Positions 8,879-18,829 are shown, counted from the stretch's first letter. The stretch: DNA of 32,000 nucleotides from Azovibrio restrictus DSM 23866 (GCF_000429665.1 NZ_AUCH01000009.1:157031-189030); one strand, 5' to 3'. Numbers and translations: made by a program. The notes: generated from the letters alone by a model not told the origin.

Positions 8879-11104
8879 ATGGCCAGATCCAGTGTCCAGC
8901 CCTCGCCCCCTTCCAGCACGGCAAGCCCTGCCGCTGCATTGCGTTATGAATACCCGGAGGGCGACTTCTGCGCCCTCCGCCCCGATGACCCGGCTTACCG
9001 GGTCTTCATCGACAGCCTGGACTACCTGAGCCCCGAGGAGATCATCCGGGTCAAGGATGCCGTCTGTTTCTCGGACAAGGCCCACGAGCACCAGGTGCGC
9101 CTGTCCGGCGAACCCTACATCACCCACCCCCTTTCCGTAGCTGGCGCCGTGGTCGAATGGCGCATGGATGCAGACGCGGTCTGCGCCGCCCTGCTCCACG
9201 ACGTGCTGGAGGATACCGGGGTCACCAAGGCCGAGCTGGCCCAGCGCTTCGGTACCGGCGTGGCCGACCTGGTGGACGGGCTCTCCAAGCTGGACAAGAT
9301 CGAGTTCGCCTCGCACCAGGAAGCCCAGGCGGAAAACTTCCGCAAGATGCTCCTGGCCATGGCCCGGGACCTGCGGGTGGTGCTGATCAAGCTGGCCGAC
9401 CGGCACCACAACCTGCAGACCATGTCCGCCGTGCGCCCCGACAAGCGCCGCCGCATCGCCCGGGAAACCCTGGAAATCTACGCCCCCATCGCCAACCGGC
9501 TGGGGCTGAACAAGATGTTCCGGGACCTGCAGGACACCTCCTTCAAGCTCATCCACCCCATGCGGGCCCGGGTCCTGGGCAAGGCAGTGCAGGCTGCCCG
9601 GGGCCACCGCAAGGAACTGCTGCAGCGGATTCTCGACAGCATCCGCGCCAAGATGAACGAGGTGGGCATACTGGCCCAGGTGTTCGGCCGGGAAAAGAGC
9701 CTGTTTTCCATCTACACCAAGATGGAGGAGAAGCACCTGTCCTTCTCCCAGGTGCTGGACATCTACGGCTTCCGGGTCGTGGTCAAGGACATTCCCACCT
9801 GTTACCTGGCCCTGGGGGCTCTGCACGCCCTGTTCAAGCCGGTGCCGGGCAAGTTCAAGGACTACATCGCCATTCCCAAGGCGAACGGCTACCAGTCCCT
9901 GCACACCACCCTGATCGGCCCCTTCGGCACCCCGGTGGAAGTGCAGATCCGCACCGAGGAAATGCACCACGTGGCCCAGGAGGGCGTGGCCTCCCACTGG
10001 CTTTACAAGGATGCGGAACACAGCGGCGCCGACCTGCAGATCCGCACCCACAAGTGGCTCCAGTCCCTGCTGGAGATGCAGAGCGGTGACTCCTCGGAGT
10101 TCTTCGAGAACGTCAAGATCGACCTGTTCCCGGACGAGGTCTATGTGTTCACCCCCAAGGGCCGCATCATGGCCCTGCCCCAGGGGGCCACGCCGGTAGA
10201 CATGGCCTATGCCATCCACACGGACGTGGGCAACTGCTGCATCGCTGCCCGCATCAACCACGAGCTGGTGCCCCTGCGCACCGAGCTGAAGAACGGCGAC
10301 GTGGTGGAGATCGTCACCGCCGCCCACGCCAATCCCAACCCGGCCTGGCTCAGCTACGTGAAGACCGGCCGGGCCCGAAGCAAGATCCGCCACTTCCTGC
10401 GCACGGTTCATAACGAGGAGTCCGCCGCCCTGGGCGAACGTCTCCTCAACCAGGAACTCAAGACCCTGGGGGTCGAGCCGCCGGAAATCCCCTCCGCCGC
10501 CTGGGAGCGGCTGGTCAAGGCATCCGGCAACCGCTCCATCAAGGAAGTGTTCACCGACATCGGCCTGGGCAAGCGCCTGGCGGCCGTGGCGGCCCGCCGG
10601 TTGCTGCTGGCGGAAGACGCGATTCCGGTCTCCGCCGCTCCCGACACCCTGGTGATCCGCGGCACCGAAGGCATTGCCATCCAGCTGGCAAAGTGCTGCC
10701 AGCCCATCCCCGGCGACCCCATCATCGGCTCCATCAAGAAGGGCCAGGGCCTGGTGGTGCACACCCACGACTGCCCGGTGATCCGCAAGTCCCGTTCCCA
10801 CGAGCCGCAGAAGTGGATAGACGTGGAATGGGAACCCTCCCCGGGCAGCCTGTTCGAGGTGCGCATCGACGTGGAAGTGAAGAATGCCCGGGGGGTCCTG
10901 GCCCAGGTGGCCTCGGCCATCGCCGACTCGGGCTCCAACATCGAGAACGTCTCCATGGAAGGGGACCCGGAAAAACTATTCACCCGCCTGCATTTCAGCA
11001 TTCAGGTGGGCAGCCGGGTGCATCTGGCCCATGTCATGCGCAATCTGCGCCTGATCCCCAACGTGGTGCGCATCGGCCGCCAGCGCTCGGAGGTGGAAGC
11101 ATGA
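8879..11104 (+). CDS. spoT: bifunctional (p)ppGpp synthetase/hydrolase (RelA/SpoT family)
   Basis: 741 aa. It has an HD hydrolase motif (ALLHDVLEDT), a RelA/SpoT synthetase block (YIAIPKANGYQSLHT, VEVQIRT), a TGS region (VFTPKG...LP.GATPVDMAYAIHTDVG) and a C-terminal ACT-like region. Confidence 0.93.
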   Translation: MARSSVQPSPPSSTASPAAALRYEYPEGDFCALRPDDPAYRVFIDSLDYLSPEEIIRVKDAVCFSDKAHEHQVRLSGEPYITHPLSVAGAVVEWRMDADAVCAALLHDVLEDTGVTKAELAQRFGTGVADLVDGLSKLDKIEFASHQEAQAENFRKMLLAMARDLRVVLIKLADRHHNLQTMSAVRPDKRRRIARETLEIYAPIANRLGLNKMFRDLQDTSFKLIHPMRARVLGKAVQAARGHRKELLQRILDSIRAKMNEVGILAQVFGREKSLFSIYTKMEEKHLSFSQVLDIYGFRVVVKDIPTCYLALGALHALFKPVPGKFKDYIAIPKANGYQSLHTTLIGPFGTPVEVQIRTEEMHHVAQEGVASHWLYKDAEHSGADLQIRTHKWLQSLLEMQSGDSSEFFENVKIDLFPDEVYVFTPKGRIMALPQGATPVDMAYAIHTDVGNCCIAARINHELVPLRTELKNGDVVEIVTAAHANPNPAWLSYVKTGRARSKIRHFLRTVHNEESAALGERLLNQELKTLGVEPPEIPSAAWERLVKASGNRSIKEVFTDIGLGKRLAAVAARRLLLAEDAIPVSAAPDTLVIRGTEGIAIQLAKCCQPIPGDPIIGSIKKGQGLVVHTHDCPVIRKSRSHEPQKWIDVEWEPSPGSLFEVRIDVEVKNARGVLAQVASAIADSGSNIENVSMEGDPEKLFTRLHFSIQVGSRVHLAHVMRNLRLIPNVVRIGRQRSEVEA

Positions 11105-12351
11105 AGGTCCTGGTGCTGGGAGCCGGGGTGGTCGGCACGGCCAGCGCCTGGTACCTGAGGCAGGCCGGCTGCGACGTCACGGTCCTGGAGCGCCAGGGCA
11201 GCGCCGGCATGGAAACCAGCTTCGCCAACGGCGGCCAGATTTCCGTTTCCCATGCCGAACCCTGGGCCAATCCCCATGCCATTCCCCAGGCCCTGGCCTG
11301 GCTGGGCAAGGAGGACGCGCCCCTGCTGTTCCGCCCCCGTCTGGACCCGGAACTGCTGCGCTGGGGCCTCTCTTTCCTGGGCCACTGCCTGCCCGGACGG
11401 ACCCGGGAAAACATCCGCGCCATCGTCAAGCTGGCCCTTTACAGCCGGGAGCGGCTCCAGGCCCTGCGCCAGGAGCTGGGCCCGGCATTCGGCGAGGCCT
11501 ATGACTGCCTGGAAAAGGGCATCCTGCACATCTACACGGACCGGCAGGAGTTCGCCCGGGCCGTGGAGGCCGCCCGCCTGATGGGGGAATTCGGCCTGGA
11601 GCGCCGCCCCCTGGACGTGGACGGCTGCATCGCCATCGAACCCAGCCTGGCCGATGCCCGGCACCTGCTCGTGGGGGGCGACTACACGGCCTCGGACGAA
11701 TCCGGCGATGCCCACCGCTTCACCCAGGCCCTGGCTGCCCGGACCGCAGCCGCCGGGGTGGAATTCCGCTACGGCTGCCCGGTGGCCAGCCTGGAGCTGG
11801 CGGACGGACGGGTGCGCGGCGCCCGGCTCCAGGACGGCAGCCTGGAGCGAGCCGACGCCTGCGTCCTGGCCCTGGGCAGCTACTCCGCCCCCTTCCTGCG
11901 CCCCCACGGGGTCCGCCTGCCCATCTACCCGGCCAAGGGCTATTCTGCCACCCTGGCCCTGGAAGCAGACAGCATCGCCCCCACGGTGAGCCTCACCGAC
12001 GACGGCCACAAGATCGTCTTCTCCCGCCTGGGCCAGCGCCTGCGCATCGCCGGCACGGCGGAGTTCAACGGCTACAACCTGGAACTCAACCCGGTACGCT
12101 GCAAAGCCCTGGTGAGCCGCGCCCACAGCCTCTTTCCCGGTCTGCGCTATCAGGGGGAACCCCAGTTCTGGTGCGGCCTACGGCCCGCCACCCCGTCCAA
12201 CGTGCCGCTCATCGGCGCCAGCCCCCTGCCCGGCCTCTGGCTCAACACCGGGCACGGCACCCTGGGCTGGACCTTGGCCTGCGGCTCCGGCGCCGCCCTG
12301 GCGGACCTGATCCTGGGCCGGCCCCCGGAACCCGACTTCCCCTTTTCCTGA
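11101..12351 (+). CDS. FAD-dependent oxidoreductase, D-amino-acid dehydrogenase-like
   Basis: The ATG at 11101 overlaps the spoT stop (ATGA). The N-terminal Rossmann dinucleotide motif is MKVLVLGAGVVGTASAWYL...V.VLER, and DAO-family blocks run throughout. The upstream part of track ORF 10693..12351 overlaps spoT and is rejected. Confidence 0.85.
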   Translation: MKVLVLGAGVVGTASAWYLRQAGCDVTVLERQGSAGMETSFANGGQISVSHAEPWANPHAIPQALAWLGKEDAPLLFRPRLDPELLRWGLSFLGHCLPGRTRENIRAIVKLALYSRERLQALRQELGPAFGEAYDCLEKGILHIYTDRQEFARAVEAARLMGEFGLERRPLDVDGCIAIEPSLADARHLLVGGDYTASDESGDAHRFTQALAARTAAAGVEFRYGCPVASLELADGRVRGARLQDGSLERADACVLALGSYSAPFLRPHGVRLPIYPAKGYSATLALEADSIAPTVSLTDDGHKIVFSRLGQRLRIAGTAEFNGYNLELNPVRCKALVSRAHSLFPGLRYQGEPQFWCGLRPATPSNVPLIGASPLPGLWLNTGHGTLGWTLACGSGAALADLILGRPPEPDFPFS

Positions 12352-12361
12352 AGCCCTTCCC

Positions 12362-13150
12362 ATGTGGATGGACAGCCACTGCCACCTGGACGCCCCGGAA
12401 TTCACACCCGACCGGGACCAGGTCTGGCTGGCCGCCCAGGCCGCCGGGGTGAGCCGAGCCCTGGTGCCGGGCGTGGAGGCCCGCAACTGGGAGGCGGTGG
12501 ATGCCTGCTGCCATCGCTATCCGGGCTGCGCCCCCGCCTACGGCATCCATCCCCTCTATGTCATGGCCGCCTGCGAATCGGATCTGGAGCTGCTGGCCCG
12601 GCGTCTGGCGACCCATCCTCCGGTGGCGGTGGGCGAAATCGGGCTGGACGGTTTTGTGGATTCGGTGGATCCAGCCCGACAGGAATTCTTCTTCGTCCGC
12701 CAGCTGCAGCTGGCCCGGGATTTCGACCTGCCGGTGGTCCTGCACGTACGCCGGGCGGTGGATCAGGTCCTGAAGCAGCTGCGCCGCATCCGGGTGATGG
12801 GAGGCATCGCCCACGCCTTCAACGGCAGCCGCCAGCAGGCCGACGAATTCATCAAGCTGGGTTTCAAGCTGGGCTTTGGCGGCACCCTCACCTACCCGGG
12901 CAGTCAGCGCATCCGCCGCCTGGCGACAGAACTGCCGGCCGAAACCCTGGTGCTGGAGACCGACGCTCCGGACATCCCTCCCAGCTGGCGCCCGGGGGGC
13001 CGCAACGATCCGGCCCAGCTGCCGGCCATAGGCCGGGTCCTGGCAGAATTAAGAGAACAGGAAGAAAGCGTCCTGGCGGCGCAGCTGCGGGATAACACCC
13101 TGGCGGCCCTGCCTGGCCTGACCCGCTGGCAGCCTCTCAGTTCCTCATGA
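12362..13150 (+). CDS. TatD-family metal-dependent hydrolase/DNase
   Basis: 262 aa. Features seen: the N-terminal DSHCHLD motif, GEIGLD, an HxR/HAF block and ETDAP, all typical of the TatD/YjjV family. Confidence 0.88.
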   Translation: MWMDSHCHLDAPEFTPDRDQVWLAAQAAGVSRALVPGVEARNWEAVDACCHRYPGCAPAYGIHPLYVMAACESDLELLARRLATHPPVAVGEIGLDGFVDSVDPARQEFFFVRQLQLARDFDLPVVLHVRRAVDQVLKQLRRIRVMGGIAHAFNGSRQQADEFIKLGFKLGFGGTLTYPGSQRIRRLATELPAETLVLETDAPDIPPSWRPGGRNDPAQLPAIGRVLAELREQEESVLAAQLRDNTLAALPGLTRWQPLSSS

Positions 13151-14170
13151 GGTGAGGGCTGCGCCGCCCTGACCTTCGAGGAACTGGGGCCCTTCGAACA
13201 GGGAGCGGATCAGCACCTTGTTCACCCCGGGGCGGTCCGGCACCGCGTACAGCACCGGGTTCAGCAGCTCCTCGAAAATCCCCCGCAGGCTGCGGGCCCC
13301 GGTCTTGTACTCATGGGCGATGTCGGCGATCTGCTGAAACACCGCCGGGGCCACGGAAAGCTCCACCCCTTCCTGGGCCAGGATGTCCCGGAACTGCCGG
13401 TACAAGGCGTTCTTCGGCTCCACCATGATGCGCACCAGCATCTCCTTGGAGAGCTCCTGGAGCCGGGCTACCACGGGCAGGCGGCCGGTGAATTCCGGAA
13501 TCAGCCCGAACTCGAACAGGTCCGTAGGCTTCACCCGGCTGTTCAGGCGTTCCAGGATGTTCTCGTCGTCCCCGGCGGTGGTGGAGATGTAGCCGAAGCT
13601 GTGGCTGCGGGCCATGATCTGCTCCAGCCCCACGAAGGCTCCGCCGCAGATGAACAGGATGCCGCCGGTATCCATCACCCGCCCGTCCCGAAGGCGCACG
13701 GGAAAGCCCTCCATGATCTTGAGCAGGGCGTGCTGGACGCTTTCTCCCGACACCTGGCGGCCGCTCTCGCCGTGACCAGCCTTGAGCTTGTCCACCTCGT
13801 CGATGAAGACGATGCCCCGGGCGGCCCGCTCCAGGTCGCCCCCGGCCCGCTCCAGCAGCCGCTCCATGATCGCCTCGATTTCCTCCCCCACGTAGCGGGT
13901 CTGGGCCAGGGAGGTGGCATCGGCCGTGACGAAGGGCACTTCCAGCTGCCGGGCCAGGGTTTCGCAGAGCAGGGTCTTGCCGCAGCCCGAAGGCCCGATG
14001 ATGAGCACATTGCTCTTGTCCATGGCCAACTGGCCGCTCCTGGCCATTTCCAGCTTGCGGTAGTGGGTGTAGACGGCCACGGCCAGGACCCGTTTGGCCT
14101 GCTCCTGGCCGATCACGTACTGGTCCAGGTACTGGACGATCTGACTGGGTTTGACGCGGGCGGGATCCAT
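13145..14170 (-). CDS. ClpX-like AAA+ ATPase lacking the N-terminal zinc-binding domain
   Basis: 341 aa and collinear with the ClpX AAA+ core. Matching blocks: YVIGQEQAKRVLAVAVY.HY, Walker A GPSGCGKTLL, pore loop RYVGEE, Walker B IVFIDEVDK, LIPEF.GRLPV, and sensor GARSLR. There is no C4 zinc ribbon at the N-terminus. Confidence 0.85.
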   Translation of the reverse strand: MDPARVKPSQIVQYLDQYVIGQEQAKRVLAVAVYTHYRKLEMARSGQLAMDKSNVLIIGPSGCGKTLLCETLARQLEVPFVTADATSLAQTRYVGEEIEAIMERLLERAGGDLERAARGIVFIDEVDKLKAGHGESGRQVSGESVQHALLKIMEGFPVRLRDGRVMDTGGILFICGGAFVGLEQIMARSHSFGYISTTAGDDENILERLNSRVKPTDLFEFGLIPEFTGRLPVVARLQELSKEMLVRIMVEPKNALYRQFRDILAQEGVELSVAPAVFQQIADIAHEYKTGARSLRGIFEELLNPVLYAVPDRPGVNKVLIRSLFEGPQFLEGQGGAALTS

Positions 14171-14182
14171 GAAACTCCTTTT

Positions 14183-17074
14183 TCAGTCCAGGTCTTCATC
14201 CGCCACGCAGGGCAGATCGATGAGTTGGTCCGGCAGGCAGGGCCGGGCATAGAGGAAGCCTTGCAGTTGATCGCAATCCAGTTCCGCCAGGCGCTTGCGC
14301 TGGATTTCCGTCTCCACCCCTTCGGCCACGGTTTCCATGGACAGGGCGTGGGCCAGCAGGATCACCGCCTGCACCACCGAGCGGCTCTCGGCTTCGCTGC
14401 CCAGGCTCTGGACGAAACTCTTGTCGATCTTGACCACGTCCACCGGGAAACGGGACAGATAGGAGAGAGAGGAGTAGCCGGTGCCAAAGTCGTCGATGGC
14501 GATACGGATGCCCTTGCGGCGCAACTGGGCGAAGATGCTGAAGGTCCGCTCCGGATCGTCGGCCAGGGAGGATTCGGTCAGCTCCAGCTCCAGGCAGCGG
14601 GGAGGGATGCCGGTTTCCTTGAGAATGTCGAACACCATCTCGGTGAAACCCGGGTTGCGCAGCTGCCGGGCCGAAACATTGACCGCCACCCGCTGGATGG
14701 GCAGTCCCGCCTGCTGCCAGGCCACCAACTGCCGGCAGGCTGTCTGCAGGCACCAGCGCCCGAGGATGTCGATGTAGCCGGTGGTCTCGGCCAGGGGAAT
14801 GAAGCGGTCCGGCAGCAGCAAGCCCCGGGCCGGATGCTGCCAGCGCACCAGGGCCTCCACCCCCAGGATCAAGCCATTGCGGGTATCCACCTGGGGCTGG
14901 TAGTACAGGCGCAGCTCGTCCCGGGCCACCGCGTGGCGCAGGGCCGTTTCCAGCTCCAGACGCTCGAGGGAGTTCTCGCTGTCGCTTTCCAGGAAGAAAC
15001 GGAAGGCGGAGCGCCCTGCGTCCTTGGCGTTGTAGAGGGCCACGTCGGCATTCTTGAGCAGGATTTCCGGACTTTCTCCGTCGGAGGGATAGACGGCGAT
15101 GCCGATGCTGGTGGAGGTGAACACCTCCCGTCCATCCAGGTCGAAGGGAGTGTCGAACTCGCTCAGCATGCGGCTGGCCAGGCTGGCGGCATCCGCATGG
15201 GAAGAGATCTCCGGCAGCAGCAGGGCGAATTCGTCGCCCCCCAGGCGGGCCAGGGTATCCCCCTCCCGCAGCAGGTGGCTCAGACGCTGGCTGACGGACT
15301 TGAGCAGCACGTCCCCCGCCGCATGGCCCAGGGAGTCGTTGATGGATTTGAAGCGGTCCAGATCGAGCAGCATGATGGCCATGGGACGCCGGGTCCGGTG
15401 GGCCTGGTGCATGGCGTTGTCGAGCCGGTCATGGAACAGCAGCCGGTTGGCGAGCCCGGTGAGGGGATCGTGATAGGCCAGGTGGTGAATGTAGGCCTCA
15501 GCCTGCTTGCGCTCGGAAATGTCGGAGAACAGGGCGATGTACTGCAGCACCTGGCCGCACTCATCGCGCACCGCGGTGATGGACAGCCATTCCGGATAGG
15601 TCTCGCCGCCCTTCCTGCGATTGATGATCTCCCCCTGCCACTTGCCCTCGCTCTGCAGGGTGGCCCACATGCCCTGGTAGAACGCCCGGTCATGCAGGCC
15701 GGAACCGAGCAGGGAGCCCGGAGTATGCCCCCGGGCCTCGGCCTCCGTGTAGCCGGTGATGGCGGTGAAGGCCGGGTTCACCGACTGGATCAGGCCGTCG
15801 GGCCCGGTGATGGTCATGGCCTCGGAGAGGTTGTCGAACACCCGGGCCGCCAGCCGCAGCCGGGCTTCCGCCTGACGCTGGGCGCTCACGTCCCGGAACG
15901 AGGTGACGTAGCCGGCAGGGCCGCCGCTGTTGTCCAGGCGTGGCAGGGGGCCGCCCAGGAAGGCCACGGGAAGCAGTTCCCCATCCGGGCGCTGCAGCCA
16001 TTCCTCTCCCTCGAAGGGCCGCCCGGCCGCCAAGGCGGCCCGGAAGGAGGAATCCTCGGCCCCGGCCTCGGGCAGGATGATGGCCACCCCCTGGCCCAGC
16101 AGCTCCCGCTCGGAACGCCCGAGCAGGGTCTCGGCCCGGCGGTTCACGAAATTGAGCACCCCCCGACCGTCAAAGCTGAGGATGCCCTCCCCCAGGTGGT
16201 CGGCCACGTTGTCCAGCAGGTTGTGGCTCCTGGTCAGCTCCCGGGCCGTGTGGCGCAGGCGCAGCATGATCAGCACCACGGCGGCGATCATGAACAGGGC
16301 AAAGATGGCCATCAGCCGCCGGTAATGCTCGGCCTCCGCCGCCGCCCGGGCATAGACCCGGGAATATTCAGCGTAGGCCTGCTCCATGTCCTGGGGAAAG
16401 CTGCTGCGGGAAATGCTGTGCATCAGGTTCTGCACCGGCAGGTGGTTGTTCACGATCACCTTGCCGTGGGCCGCCAGCAGGCGCCCCTGGGTGGCCGCCG
16501 GCTCGGGCCAGCGGCGGCTCTCGACTTCCAGCCGGTTGAGGCCGGCCAGGGTGAGGAAGATGTCCTTGGTCTGCTGCTCGTTTACGAAAATCAGCACATC
16601 CCGGGTCACCGAGTTCAGCAGGGCCACGGGGACCCTGGCCCCCGCGTCCCAGTCGGAATGGAGTTGGGTGGTGAGATTGACGAAGTGGTAAAGGGAATTC
16701 ACCAGCACCGCATTCTGGCGGCGGAAATCATCCAGGGCCAGCTGTTTCCGGCCCCATTCCTCCCGGGCCGGATGCAGGGCTTCGGGCAAGCCCAGGCGCT
16801 CGAAATCCACCTGCAACTGGGCCAGCAATTCCTCCACCTGGTTGGCGGACAGGGACAGGCTGTCGTAGTCCAGCAACTGCCGGTGGCGCAGCCGCAGCAC
16901 GTCCAGATTGATGCGGGTGTCCAGGGTCAGAGCCTGGCGCACATTGAGCTCCACCTGCACCCGGTCGTTGTCGCTGATGCGGGTGCTCAGGGCATAGAGG
17001 GAGATCAGCACCCCGGCCAGCACGGCCAGCAGCAGCCAGGGCACCAGGGAGCGCAGGGAGGACGGCAGTTTCAT
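14183..17074 (-). CDS. membrane sensor PAS-PAS-GGDEF-EAL protein with ~220-aa periplasmic domain
   Basis: 963 aa. TM1 (LVPWLLLAVLAGVLISLYAL) and TM2 (LMAIFALFMIAAVVLIML) flank the periplasmic domain, followed by two PAS-like segments. Signatures seen: GGDEF (ARLGGDEFALLL), EAL (LGVEALVRW, ELELTES, DDFGTGYSSLSYL, EGVET). Its ATG overlaps the stop of the upstream peroxidase gene (ATGA at 17071-17074). Confidence 0.9.
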   Translation of the reverse strand: MKLPSSLRSLVPWLLLAVLAGVLISLYALSTRISDNDRVQVELNVRQALTLDTRINLDVLRLRHRQLLDYDSLSLSANQVEELLAQLQVDFERLGLPEALHPAREEWGRKQLALDDFRRQNAVLVNSLYHFVNLTTQLHSDWDAGARVPVALLNSVTRDVLIFVNEQQTKDIFLTLAGLNRLEVESRRWPEPAATQGRLLAAHGKVIVNNHLPVQNLMHSISRSSFPQDMEQAYAEYSRVYARAAAEAEHYRRLMAIFALFMIAAVVLIMLRLRHTARELTRSHNLLDNVADHLGEGILSFDGRGVLNFVNRRAETLLGRSERELLGQGVAIILPEAGAEDSSFRAALAAGRPFEGEEWLQRPDGELLPVAFLGGPLPRLDNSGGPAGYVTSFRDVSAQRQAEARLRLAARVFDNLSEAMTITGPDGLIQSVNPAFTAITGYTEAEARGHTPGSLLGSGLHDRAFYQGMWATLQSEGKWQGEIINRRKGGETYPEWLSITAVRDECGQVLQYIALFSDISERKQAEAYIHHLAYHDPLTGLANRLLFHDRLDNAMHQAHRTRRPMAIMLLDLDRFKSINDSLGHAAGDVLLKSVSQRLSHLLREGDTLARLGGDEFALLLPEISSHADAASLASRMLSEFDTPFDLDGREVFTSTSIGIAVYPSDGESPEILLKNADVALYNAKDAGRSAFRFFLESDSENSLERLELETALRHAVARDELRLYYQPQVDTRNGLILGVEALVRWQHPARGLLLPDRFIPLAETTGYIDILGRWCLQTACRQLVAWQQAGLPIQRVAVNVSARQLRNPGFTEMVFDILKETGIPPRCLELELTESSLADDPERTFSIFAQLRRKGIRIAIDDFGTGYSSLSYLSRFPVDVVKIDKSFVQSLGSEAESRSVVQAVILLAHALSMETVAEGVETEIQRKRLAELDCDQLQGFLYARPCLPDQLIDLPCVADEDLD

Positions 17075-18123
17075 GGCAGTCTCTCTCCACTCAAGGTATG
17101 CAGGAACAGGACAATGGCCTTGACGTCCTCGGGAGGCAGCTCGACTCCCAGCTGGTAACGCCCCATCTGGGCCACGGCCTCATCCAGGGTGGCCGCGGAG
17201 GCATCGTGAAAATACGGCGCGGTCAGGGCCACGTTGCGCAGGCTGGGCACCTTGAACACATGCCGGTCCTCCTCCCGGCCGGTGACGTTGAAACGCCCCA
17301 GGTCCGCCGGAGAAATCTTCTGCTTGTCGGCGAAGTAATCCTGCATCACCCCGAAACGCTGGAACAGGTTGCCGCCCACATTGGCTCCCTGGTGACAGGC
17401 GACGCAGCCATGCCGCTTGAACAGCCGGTAGCCGGCCAGCTCCCGGGCATTCAGGGCGCTCGCCTCACCCAGCAGCCAGCGGTCCATGGGCGATGGCGTG
17501 ACCAGGGAACGCTCGAACTCGGCTATGGCATCCTGGACCGCTGCCGCCGAAGGCGGGGCCTTGTAGAGGGCCACGAACTGGGCCTCCAGCTGGGCATCCG
17601 CCCGCAGCTTGGGCAATACCTCGGCCCAGGAGGAAGCCATTTCCACCGGGTTGTGGATGGGGCCAGCCACCTGGTCCACCAGGTTGGGGGAACGGCCGTC
17701 CCAGAACTGCCGGAAATTCAGGGCCGCGTTGAACACCGTGGGGGCATTGATGCTCCCTTCCCGCCCCCCCACGCCCAGGGAACGGGGGCGGTGGTCTATC
17801 CCCCCCCGGGACAGGTCATGGCAGGAGGCACAGCTGATGCTGTTGTCCCGGGACAGGCGGGGATCATGGAACAGGGTCCGCCCCAGGGCCACCTTCTGGG
17901 CATTCAGGTCCCGGGGCACCTGGATGGGCAGCAGCGGCTCGTCCAGGCGCACCGGCACCGCCCGGAAGGGCAGACTGGACTGGGCACTAGCCCGCTGGAA
18001 CAGGTGGGGAGAGGGGAAGAGCAGCAGGGCCAGGCCCGTGAGCAAGGCGATCAGAAGCCCAACGCCCAACAACTTCTTGAGTATTGAGGCCTGGACCGAA
18101 GGGATCGCCTTGTCGTCAACCAT
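17071..18123 (-). CDS. di-haem cytochrome c peroxidase (CCP/MauG family)
   Basis: 350 aa with an N-terminal TM or signal segment and two CxxCH haem sites (CASCH, CVACH). Conserved CCP blocks are present (FWDGR, FKVPSLRNVALTAPYFHDG-like). Confidence 0.9.
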   Translation of the reverse strand: MVDDKAIPSVQASILKKLLGVGLLIALLTGLALLLFPSPHLFQRASAQSSLPFRAVPVRLDEPLLPIQVPRDLNAQKVALGRTLFHDPRLSRDNSISCASCHDLSRGGIDHRPRSLGVGGREGSINAPTVFNAALNFRQFWDGRSPNLVDQVAGPIHNPVEMASSWAEVLPKLRADAQLEAQFVALYKAPPSAAAVQDAIAEFERSLVTPSPMDRWLLGEASALNARELAGYRLFKRHGCVACHQGANVGGNLFQRFGVMQDYFADKQKISPADLGRFNVTGREEDRHVFKVPSLRNVALTAPYFHDASAATLDEAVAQMGRYQLGVELPPEDVKAIVLFLHTLSGERLP

Positions 18124-18214
18124 GAGCGCCTGCGCCTACCGCGGGGATGATCTGCTCCCCATTTTAAGGGGAGGTCGGGATTTGATGAAAAATTACTGCC
18201 CGGAAGCAGGCAGC

Positions 18215-18249
18215 AAAAAGCCGCCGGGCTACAGGCCGGGCGGCTTTTT
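18215..18249 (-). terminator. intrinsic terminator downstream of the cytochrome c gene (symmetrical, A-tract/T-tract on both sides)
   Basis: The sequence is AAAAAGCCGCCGGGC-TACA-GGCCGGGCGGCTTTTT: a GC-rich hairpin flanked by A5 and T5. It lies 18 nt beyond the stop at 18267. Confidence 0.7.
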
Positions 18250-18266
18250 GCTGTGGTACGGGAAGC

Positions 18267-18716
18267 TTACTTGGCCTGGCCGACCAGGTAATCCACGGCG
18301 CCCTTGACCTCCTCATCGGAAAGGTTGGCCGCACCGCCCTTGGCAGGCATGGCCAGCTTGCCGCCGATCGCGGAAGCATAGAGGGCATCATTGCCGGTGG
18401 CGATACGGGGAGCCCAGGCGGCCTTGTCACCCTTCTTGGGGGCACCGGCAGCACCGGTATCGTGGCAGGCGCTGCAGACGGAAGCATAGACGGTGGGACC
18501 ATCCTTGGGCCCGCTGGCGGCGGCATCGGCAGCACCGGCAACCTTCAGCTCGAACTTGGCCACGGGCTGGACACGGACCTCGGCATCCTCGCTGCTGCCG
18601 GCCACAGGCGCCATGTCACCCTTGATGGTGAAGGGAACAATGGCCACCATGAGCAGGATCGCTACGGCGACAGTCGCGTACATGATGGACTTGGACGAAT
18701 TCTGCTGGTCGGCCAT
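18267..18716 (-). CDS. membrane-anchored mono-haem class I c-type cytochrome (c5-like)
   Basis: The start is taken at the ATG at 18716 (MADQQNSSKSIMYATVAVAILLMVAIV...). There is a single CSACH haem site and a distal-Met region (GGKLAMPAKGG). The longer track ORF (to 19010) runs antisense through the tRNA and is rejected. Confidence 0.85.
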   Translation of the reverse strand: MADQQNSSKSIMYATVAVAILLMVAIVPFTIKGDMAPVAGSSEDAEVRVQPVAKFELKVAGAADAAASGPKDGPTVYASVCSACHDTGAAGAPKKGDKAAWAPRIATGNDALYASAIGGKLAMPAKGGAANLSDEEVKGAVDYLVGQAK

Positions 18717-18829
18717 GCTGACTTCCTCGAGACGAAATTGACAAACCGCAATTATAGCCGCTCGCAACCCGCCGATGGATGAAATAATGGACTCGTTCCC
18801 ATAAACCCAGTATGATTTCGCCTCCCCAC

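Noticed and set aside
10693-11100. Upstream part of track ORF 10693..12351, which would give a 552-aa oxidoreductase.
   Set aside because: It overlaps the spoT C-terminus in another frame. The Rossmann motif MKVLVLGAGVVG starts at the ATG at 11101, which overlaps the spoT stop.
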